45,624 nucleotides of DNA, from the NCBI RefSeq assembly GCF_000181795.1, contig NW_003526941.1, positions 8,326,994 through 8,372,617 of the forward strand, written 5' to 3'. Source of the DNA: Trichinella spiralis. Lineage: Eukaryota. The notes beneath the pieces are model-generated. The model had not been told where the DNA came from. It did not search any database and saw nothing but the letters and a program-made list of their open reading frames with translations. A program made the translations under genes and the position numbers. This document shows positions 37,182 to 45,624 of the stretch, one piece after another. Within the stretch, counting starts at the first letter, position 1. Every line of letters starts with the position of its first letter.

Positions 37182-39853
37182 TGTGGTTACTTACCTGGTT
37201 CTCACATTGCAACACAACTGGCAAATAAGTGCAGCAGTAGCTTTCGATCTTTTTCCGCTCGTGTAGTAGCATCATTGCAAAGATTAATTATTTCATCTGA
37301 AAGAGAGAGAAAAAAATACATATATTAATTATTACATTGATTTTCCTCTTCTTCTCTATTGTTTTACGTTGATTCGATTATTTCTGCTTGCCTAGAGCAA
37401 GCAGCTCAAAGACGATGGCACTGATTGATGGCCGAACAGCTGTTGATCAGTTTCATAATCTGTCTTATAATCCATTAATTTGCCTTGTGAACATTTAACA
37501 GTCATCACATACATAATGATATATGACAGTGAACTGAATAATCAAATTGTCGGCGCACTTTGCAACACTGCTTATTTTTAATAATATTCTAACCTCTTTT
37601 TCTTATGTTCAACAGTTCATATAATGGTGGGCAGAAGTTGGGTTTTTTTTGTAATTATTCTCGATAATTGTTGGCCAAATGTCGTCGGTATATTTTTTTG
37701 CTGTAAATTTAATTGATGTTATTGTAGTTATTTCGAACAATTTTTAGGTTATTTGTTCAAGTTTAAGTTTGATTTAAATTTTTGAAAGAAAAAAAAGCGA
37801 AAATGCAAATGTTAGTTGTGCACTGTAGTTGGTGCAAACATCTTTTCCAAAACTTCACGATTTTTACTGCAGCGTTATTTATTATTATTATTATATTTCT
37901 TTTTTTTCTGGTAATTTTAATATGAAATATATGGTGCTAGTTGTGTTGGAATAATTTGTGCTGATTTTTTTGTCCAAAATTATTCTTTTTCAAATAAATA
38001 AAAATATTTCTCTTTTGGATAGGTAGATGATTACAGTTTTCAATTGTTGCTCTGTTCTACTTCGAAAGCCTATATTTCATTATGTTATTGGAATCAGGGA
38101 CTGTTGTGAAGGGTTGTAAACGGTATTGTTTCTAATTTCAATTAATTCTGAAAAATTACCATATGCAATTTAAATGTGATCATAGCATTTCGAGGTTTTT
38201 ATAGATTTTTCATTTGTAACTAACTATTATTATTTAGTTGGCGTTTTTGGTTTAGCCTTTTTCTTTTTTTTTTATATTTTAATCAGTTTAAAACGATTAA
38301 CAAAACAGCAGTTTTGTCGCATTGAAAAGTTCAACGTTCTGAAATGTGAGATGACCTTTGTTGATGAAGAGAAAAATGCAAAAAAAGCATTAAATAAGCG
38401 CTTTTTATCGATGCTGTGAGACAAAATGAGAAATTGATGAATAATTGTTGTAGTTGTAGTTTCATGATTTGTTTTGCCAAATTGAAATGAATGAGTATTT
38501 TCAAAAGAATTTTTCATTCATAATAATAAATAATAATGAGTCAAGTATCACTTTATCCCACTGATGAGTGAAAAGATTTTCCTAAAATTAATGATGTCTT
38601 AAAGTTGAATGTGAATGTTCCTCCAATGCATTTGTATAATTGTCGTATGTGTATACAGAACATTTCTACGAAAGAATTTCAATCTGATTAATCTTATTCT
38701 TTACCGCATCTGTTTAGTCAAATATTTCTCTATTTATTTGTGTAAATAATGAATCTATTTCCGTTATTAAAGCAATGATACGTCAATGAGTAACCAGTGG
38801 ATATGTGCAATATTCAAAAGAGAACACAAACAAATCGACTTACCGCGTTGTTTTCAGTTCATGTTGTGCAGATGCGTCAAATTATTCCCCAATCACAGCA
38901 GTTGAGAAAAATGCAAATGAGAAAGTGGATTTTTTTCTGTCTGCCAAACGGGAAGAAGAGGGCAAAAGAATTTTCAAATCAATTTGTAAATGGGGATTAT
39001 TGTTGTCGTGGGATTATACAGGTATATATATGTATGTACATGCAAGTGTATTTAAAAAGTAAGCGATGAAGAGAATTTTCTGATGCTGAGCATCACAATC
39101 GATTGTTTGGCCTTTGCACGACCTGCCCCTACTGTGTTGTTGGTTAGCAGTTGACAAGGACATCAGGTCGAAATGACGTGATGACGTTTAATGTTAATAT
39201 GTGGGACGGTTTTAGGATTGTTCCATTTCTGCTTTATTTTGCTGGGCTAAACTTTTGGTGTCGTCGTTCTACTAGTCGATGCTTTTTCAATTTTTCAAAC
39301 AAGGTCATGCTTGTCCACATGGATAGAGATGATAGAGTTGTTCTGAAATTGTCCAATATCCGACAATTTAGATGAGCGTAGCAACATATATATATATATG
39401 TACCTGCATCTTTGTATGTGTAAGTATGCACAAAAATTGTTATATCTTCTGCGATAACTTGGAGGTCATTCACTGAAGTCGTAAAACCAAAGTCGTTTCC
39501 ATGAGGTTGAATGCACCCGATTCTGCAAGTACAACAATGCAAGCCAATTGTTGACACTGTTGACAATGAAATTTTATTTTTCAACTTGTTCTATTGTTCT
39601 ATTGGAAGGTTTTTGTGCAATTTTAATTTTCAAAAGAGAACAAACAACCAAACAACAGCACGTGTGTAAAATTGTATTTTGTTCAAATATTTATTTAAAT
39701 TTTTTTTACAACAGGTGCAGTTGATGGAAATTTTCCTCGCCAAGCAATAATGTTTCAATAACTGACTCTGCACTGATGGTCAGTGTCAATTTTGGACGGT
39801 TTTGATGAAATTTCGCTCCAATCGACCGATCCAATGCCTAGTGGACGTCCGGA

Positions 39854-42079
39854 TTAGGGTGTGGTCGAGTTGCAAGGATGGATGGCCGCCGCATTGCCTA
39901 GCAGTTGCTTTTCCAACGTGGTGACGCGTTGTTCGGTTTTGTCGCATTCTTTCTTGACCGCCCGATCGATGAACTGCAATCGCCTCCACAGGCGCTGCAT
40001 CTCTTTGTTCAGCTCGTCGACCGATTCATTTTCGAACTGCTGCTGTTCGAAATTGTCGTTGCTGAACGCTTCGTGCTCGACCACGTCGGTTTCGATCAAC
40101 AGCCGATCTTTGCGCAATATTTCTTTGCCTTTGTCGAGCAGATGCTTCTGGGCGTCGGGATATTTGTCCAAACATTCGAGCAAATCGTTCTTGGTCAACA
40201 CGAACAGTTCGGCAAAGCCGACGCAGCGCACGCTGGCAGTACGCTTGTTTTCGTTCTTGTTGCCCGGGATGTCGAGGATGCTCAGCTCGCCGAAGACGCT
40301 GCCTTCGTTCAACGAGACGAACACTGTCACGCCGTCTTCGGCGACCACGTTCACCACGCCCCTCTTGACGATGTACATGTGCTTGCCGACGTCGCCCCTG
40401 CGGAACACGTAGTCGCCGGGACTGAAGATTTCCATTCTCAACTTGAGCACCATTTCCGCCAGCAGACCCGGATCGCAGTCTTTGAACACGCGAGCTTTGC
40501 GCAGGGTCCGCATGTGCAGCGCGATCGCCATTTCGGTGCGCAAATTCAACGGCAACAGTTCCATGACCGCGGCTTCGTCGGTCGCCTGCTTCTGATCCCA
40601 CAAATAGTTGAACCAGTTCAGGATGCGGCCCCTGAGCGGCGGCTGCACTTTGTGCAATTCCATGTACCGCTTCACGCCGTCGAGACGGTTCAAAAATTGA
40701 CTGCGGTGCATGTTCATGCTGATGACCACGATGCGCACGTTGCCTATGAGCGCGGCGACGATCAACGTGCCGGCTATGATGTTGCACACGGTGAACACGT
40801 ACTGGCCGAGCTCTATTGGGAACGGCTGCTCGCCCACGCTGGTCAACACCAACGCCGCCCAGTAGAACGACAACAAGTAGTGCTTCAACAGTTCCGGGTA
40901 GGTGATTTTCTGGCACGGGGTGCTGGTTCGGGGTGCCGGTCTGCCACCGCATGTCGGCCGAGGGCAGTCGATCACCGGATCCAGCATGCGTTCGGAATTG
41001 TACACCCAGCTGTCGAGTTCCAAGCCGTAGGCCAGGCTCATCAGGTAGTAGAAGCAGGCGGCCCAGTGGAAGATCAAGTAAACGATCACTGCCAGTTGAA
41101 TCGCCCGGAAGAGGTTCGGAAAGCGAGTCTCGGTTTCGGTCATGTCGACAAATTCCACCAGACGGTATGAGCGCAGCAGACGGTTGAAACGACTAGCCGA
41201 CACCAGCGCTGACTGGCCGAACACCAACGTCAGCAAGTGGTCAGCCGGCGCCACGCTGGCTATGCAGCGGGTCAAATTGCGACCGCCGTTAGCCGAGGCG
41301 TTGTGCCGGAACAGGCGATTCCGGTCCAACACCACACACCCTTGTTCCAAGTACACTTGGCGCATCTGCACGTAGACGTCGAAGATGTACACCACGTCGG
41401 TGATGTAGTCGACGACGAACGGCCAAACGCTGTCGGCGTACTGGTGGGCGAAGCGGGCGAAAAACGACACCCTAGCCACCACGACCACCATGTTGTACAA
41501 GTAGGCTAAAGCCACCACGCCCAACCAGATTTTGTACCACCCGTCCGAAGGGTTCACCGGATCGTAGGCTATTTTCGAGCAGAGACGTCTGATATCTGTC
41601 GACAAGTTCCACTTGGCGTTGTCATCGCCGGGCTTGGTTTTGCCGTCGAGATCGCAATCCGACTGCGACTGGGTCGACGAGACGGCTTTGACGAGCAGCC
41701 TGGCCACGTGGCAACGTTTGGACGCGGCCGGCGACGATTCCTCTGCCCGTTCACGCGATCGAAACGCTGCCTTCGAAAGCGACCAACCACCTCCACTCCG
41801 ACCGTCCGGCTCGTCTTCGTCATGCAAATTTCTACTCTTCGTCATCAACGTCGTCATTTTTGTCTTCGTTTTCAGTTTTCGTCTCTTTTCCAACTCCAAC
41901 TGCGTCGACTGTCTATCGAACGTTGTTGTTGTCGTCGACGGATTCACGTTGTCGTCAGTATCATCCCTCGATCCGCATCTCAACTCGACCACACCCTCAC
42001 CTTCTTCTGATATCAGTCTCGGATCTTGCGCGTTGGTCAACACCATTCTCAACTGCTGTTTCTCTTTCTCGTCGAACAT
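39854..42079 (-). CDS. Cyclic nucleotide-gated cation channel alpha-type subunit (TAX-4/CNG-1/CNG-3 family), about 741 aa, no coding introns
   Basis: One uninterrupted ORF; first ATG at 42079, and an upstream exon cannot be excluded. S4 SRFNRLLRSYRL..TETETRFPN; pore YWAALVLTSVGEQPFP; C-linker FLNRLDGVKRYM...WFNYLW; cNMP-binding domain FSPGDYVFRRGDVGKHMYIVKRG...FGELSIL...KRTASVR...LFVLTKNDL; C-terminal coiled coil. Confidence 0.95.
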   Translation of the reverse strand: MFDEKEKQQLRMVLTNAQDPRLISEEGEGVVELRCGSRDDTDDNVNPSTTTTTFDRQSTQLELEKRRKLKTKTKMTTLMTKSRNLHDEDEPDGRSGGGWSLSKAAFRSRERAEESSPAASKRCHVARLLVKAVSSTQSQSDCDLDGKTKPGDDNAKWNLSTDIRRLCSKIAYDPVNPSDGWYKIWLGVVALAYLYNMVVVVARVSFFARFAHQYADSVWPFVVDYITDVVYIFDVYVQMRQVYLEQGCVVLDRNRLFRHNASANGGRNLTRCIASVAPADHLLTLVFGQSALVSASRFNRLLRSYRLVEFVDMTETETRFPNLFRAIQLAVIVYLIFHWAACFYYLMSLAYGLELDSWVYNSERMLDPVIDCPRPTCGGRPAPRTSTPCQKITYPELLKHYLLSFYWAALVLTSVGEQPFPIELGQYVFTVCNIIAGTLIVAALIGNVRIVVISMNMHRSQFLNRLDGVKRYMELHKVQPPLRGRILNWFNYLWDQKQATDEAAVMELLPLNLRTEMAIALHMRTLRKARVFKDCDPGLLAEMVLKLRMEIFSPGDYVFRRGDVGKHMYIVKRGVVNVVAEDGVTVFVSLNEGSVFGELSILDIPGNKNENKRTASVRCVGFAELFVLTKNDLLECLDKYPDAQKHLLDKGKEILRKDRLLIETDVVEHEAFSNDNFEQQQFENESVDELNKEMQRLWRRLQFIDRAVKKECDKTEQRVTTLEKQLLGNAAAIHPCNSTTP

Positions 42080-42911
42080 TTCACCGTTGGAAACAATCAA
42101 TTTTAAAAGTAAAACGAAACCAAATCACTACTCACCGCTAGTTGTTGAATCACCACCGCTGCTCTTTCTCTCTCTACAACGACGCTTTTCCCGTAACCAC
42201 GGAAACCGCCATCAACATTACAATCTCTGACCGACAGTCACGCGGATGCAAAAGTAAGCAAAATATTAATAATATTATTATATATAATGTGTTCACTAAT
42301 TTTATTTTACTACAACACAGAAAAAAACAACTGTCAATTTTATGGTTGAAATAATACTACACTACACGCACTAATTACGATCTGTTCAACTAAGCCATTA
42401 CTTATTTGTTGTTGTTGTTGCTCAAAAAATATTTTACAAATGCTTCTTCCCTCTGTATCAATTACTTATTTCGTTGTTGTCTCCATGATTGATTTTCAAA
42501 GCAAACTTTCTCATTTTATGTAAATAGGCTTTTTATTCTTCAATGCATTTAGTTATAATCCTAAAAACAAGCAATCACAAAACGATTTTACGGTAATATA
42601 TATGCATGCATGTATCCATCTTTATTTATTTATTTATATTTGAAAGTATCAAAAAAGAATTCAACTGTTTGATAGATGGTAAATTAAGTTTTTTTGTCTG
42701 GTTAATTTTGTTTGTCAGTTAGCGCAGTTTAGTGTGCTTATATGTTGGTGAAAAGCGTTTTGCGATGAGTTCCAATTATGTAGGGCATTTTTGAATTTTC
42801 AAACCCCAAATTCAAACAAGCGAAGGCGTGTTTTGACTAAGTCAACGTTTTTGTTATGGTGTTTTCTGTCAGATACTTTATATTTCGACGGAATTTCAAA
42901 AGGCAAGGTCA

Positions 42912-42921
42912 NNNNNNNNNN
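42912..42921. other. Assembly gap (10-N placeholder)
   Basis: Ten n characters immediately upstream of mid-gene STT3 coding sequence. Confidence 0.97.
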
Positions 42922-44145
42922 GGTTATGTGCGTGATATCCGGGAATTGCCTGCGTCGTCGATTTAGAATCTTTTTGAAGAAACTTCAGTCATTCTGCATC
43001 CACCCGTTGTGGAGAAAAAATCGAAAAACACGAAAATGATTATGCATGGAAAAATGAAGTAATGTTGTAATTTTTGTTGGCTTATGTGCAGTGCCTTGTA
43101 TTCGATTCTTCCAACTGATGCAACTGTTGACCATTTCAGGTGGCTGGTACTGTAGTATTCATTTTGACACTATTTTTCATCAATTATACGTTTCATTGCA
43201 CCACAATAACGGAAACTGCTTACAGTTCGCCTAGTATTGTTTTGTCCGCACGCAGTGGTCGTGGTAATACGATCATTTTTGACGATTTTAGAGAAGCTTA
43301 CTATTGGCTTCGCATGAACACACCGCCGGTAAGTTTATTTATTTTTTCTCATTACTGTTTGATTTATAAAAATTTTATTTATTGAAATTCTTTTCAGGAT
43401 TCAAAAATCATGTCTTGGTGGGATTATGGCTATCAAATTACGGCTATGGCTAATAGGACCGTCTTAGTGGACAATAACACATGGAACAATACTCACATTT
43501 CAAGGGTTGGACAGGTAATAATTAATTATTATTGATATTTTGTTGTTGATGTTTAAAATTTTACTTGTAGGCTATGTCTTCACCTGAAGATAAAGCTTAC
43601 GAAATTATGCAAGAATTGGACGTTGATTATGTATTGGTAATATTTGGTGGTTTGATAGGCTACGCGTCAGATGGTAATTTTTACATTTTTCTTTTTCTTT
43701 TTGATCTGATGTAGAATTTTGCTTTTTGATTCTATTCAGATATCAATAAATTTTTGTGGATGATAAGAATTGGCGGTTCCACGGAAAAAGGTAAACACAT
43801 AAAAGAGGAAGATTATTATTCGGCTACTGGCGAATATCGAGTGGATAAGGAAGGATCGAAAACGATGTTGAATTCCATGATGTACAAGTTTTCCTACTAC
43901 AGATTTGGAGAGGTTTATACAGAGATGGGTAGGGAAAAGAATTTCCTATTGTTATGTGTATTTTGAATTAGAATATTAAAATTTTACTTTTAGACAAACC
44001 GTCTGGTTACGATCGTGTTCGAGGAAGTGAAATTGGAAACAAGAAAATCCAATTCCAACATTTCGAAGAAGCGTTCACAACGGAACATTGGCTTGTAAGA
44101 ATTTATCGCGTCAAAGCGCCAAACAATCGTGGCATTTTAACATGA
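42922..44145 (+). CDS. STT3: Oligosaccharyltransferase catalytic subunit STT3 (STT3A-like), 5'-partial
   Basis: Exons ~42922-43058 (degraded: VMCVISG...ENDYAWKNE), 43140-43328, 43398-43514, 43571-43673, 43740-43928, 43994-44145. Motifs [72 protein letters not shown]. Confidence 0.95.
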
Positions 44146-44634
44146 TCATCAAGTATTTTTTAAAATGTCTTTTTCAAATTCTGTTATTCTGTAGTTGTTA
44201 TTTTTAAGTACGAGTTGAACAATTCGTAATAGTTTGTTTTTTTACTTGTTCCTGTGATGCACATATATCTTGCATAATATAATAATTTATTCTGATGATT
44301 CCATAATTTTTGTTATTCCACAGTCTTCAGGTTTTTTTAATTTAAATTCAATTCTGTCATTTTTAATGTTCACATTTATTATTTAAATTTGTTCAGTAAA
44401 CATCTCTTTGCCATTCATTATGTGTCCATTTAATACGACGAACAATCAATTGAATATATTGTGTTCGAAAATGAAAATCGAAATTCACATTGCATGCTTA
44501 TTACGATGGTAGGTTTAAAGTGCTTCTTTCACTGTATAGTTTAAACTTTAAAACAATCGCTTTAAAATATTTCAATTGTGTTGAGTATTGAACTCATTGA
44601 ATGTTTGTTAGTTGACGCATTAGTAGTTTGAAGC

Positions 44635-45624
44635 ATGTCGAAACATGGTAAAGACCCTTCGTTGGTGCATGTGAATGAAGTTATCGATGAGCGATACAAA
44701 GTGAAGAAACTTTTGGGCAAAGGTGGCTTTGGAGCAGTGTACCAAGTGCTGGACCAAAACACCAACAAAATGGGTGCAATGAAAGTATGAAGCAATACGT
44801 ATATGTATTTCTTATATATAAATTTTCCTATTTTTTGTTTCAGATCGAAGTTTCTTCTCAAGATTTCAGATCGTTGAAAATGGAAGTGTCGGTTTTGAAA
44901 GAATTGGTTGCCAACGAGTCGAGAAATTGTTGCGATCTCTTCTCAGTTGGCAACAAGCCAAACTATTCTTACATTGTGATGACGTTGGTTGGTCCCAGTT
45001 TGCATTCTTTGGCTCAGTCGATTGGATCGAAGCGACTGTCACTGAGAAGTGCCGTCCACTTGGGCATCAGGTGCCTTCGTGCGTTGGAAGATTTGCATTT
45101 TTGCGGCTACGTTCACCGGGACGTCAAGCCGATGAATTATGCCATCGGTCGTGAGCCCGAATACAGACGAGTCTTCATCTTGGATTTCGGCATGTGCCGG
45201 AAATATATGCGCGACGATGGCTCACACAAACGACCCCGGTCCGAGTGCGGTTTCCGTGGCACATTGTGGTACGCGAGCCCCATGTCGCTTAGCGGTCAGG
45301 AACAATCTCGTCGAGATGATCTCTGGTCGTGGTATTTTACAATAATTGAACTTTTGACCGGTACCGTGCCCTGGCAGAACGTCCAGATCAAACGCAATGC
45401 CAGTTTTGCTGAGAAGAAGCAGGCTTTTATGGAGAAAAAAATGGAATTTGTCCAAAATCCAACCGAAGCTTTGCGAGGTCTGCCACGAGAGTTCATCTCC
45501 ATCATGGAATATTTGGTCACGTTGCAGTATTACGATTGTCCCAATTATGGTTATATCTATCAGTTGATTATGACCACGTTTCGTCGTCATTCTCACAACC
45601 TCGAGCAAGCGCTAGACTGGGAAC
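44635..45624 (+). CDS. Tau-tubulin-kinase-like / casein kinase 1 group Ser/Thr kinase (3'-partial; runs off the window)
   Basis: Not in the ORF track because there is no stop in the window. Exons 44635-44784 and 44844-45624. Motifs LGKGGFGAVY, AMK|IE, LKMEVSVL, YIVMTLVGPSL, YVHRDVKPMNY, LDFGMCRKY, FRGTLWYAS, EQSRRDDLWSWY, and ending LDWE. Confidence 0.93.

Noticed and set aside
39234..39584. 116-aa minus-strand ORF between the PTR and CNG genes
   Set aside because: Non-ATG start, crosses an (AT)n tract and has no recognisable family; may be UTR.
39905..41170. 421-aa antisense ORF and 308-aa out-of-frame ORF overlapping the CNG gene
   Set aside because: Expected shadow ORFs in GC-rich, GC3-biased coding DNA; no recognisable domains.
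1..45624. Prokaryotic features (CRISPR arrays, defence operons), rRNA and tRNA genes
   Set aside because: The sequence is spliceosomal-intron-containing eukaryotic DNA; I saw no repeat-spacer array or recognisable tRNA/rRNA by eye.

Overview
AT-rich, intron-containing eukaryotic DNA. Short 55-70 nt GT..TTTCAG/TTTTAG introns and the gene set point to a nematode, most plausibly Trichinella-like (clade I); this is an inference. Gene order: UBAC2 (+, complete, 8 exons); CIAO1 (-, 5' end lost at an N gap); about 20 kb of non-coding upstream/intronic DNA leading into a muscleblind (mbl/MBNL) gene (+, 9 coding exons); a patched-related gene (-, 2 exons); an intronless GC-rich cyclic-nucleotide-gated channel (-); the 3' third of an STT3A-like oligosaccharyltransferase (+, 5' part lost at a 10-N gap); and a tau-tubulin/CK1-like kinase (+, runs off the window). 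Two highlights. (1) The muscleblind locus contains a dual-reading-frame exon (30457-30541). Including or skipping a 149-nt upstream exon switches the protein between a 328-aa two-finger form ending [11 protein letters not shown] and a 624-aa form with a second CCCH zinc-finger pair. The locus also has RBFOX-, CELF- and MBNL-type motif clusters and a candidate microexon. (2) A non-autonomous piggyBac element (TTAA duplication, 19-bp TIRs) upstream of the mbl coding region has been rearranged into a foldback, with ~558-bp near-perfect inverted arms around an intact transposase C-terminal fragment. All exon models were derived by hand from splice consensus and reading-frame continuity; no transcript data or database searches were used.
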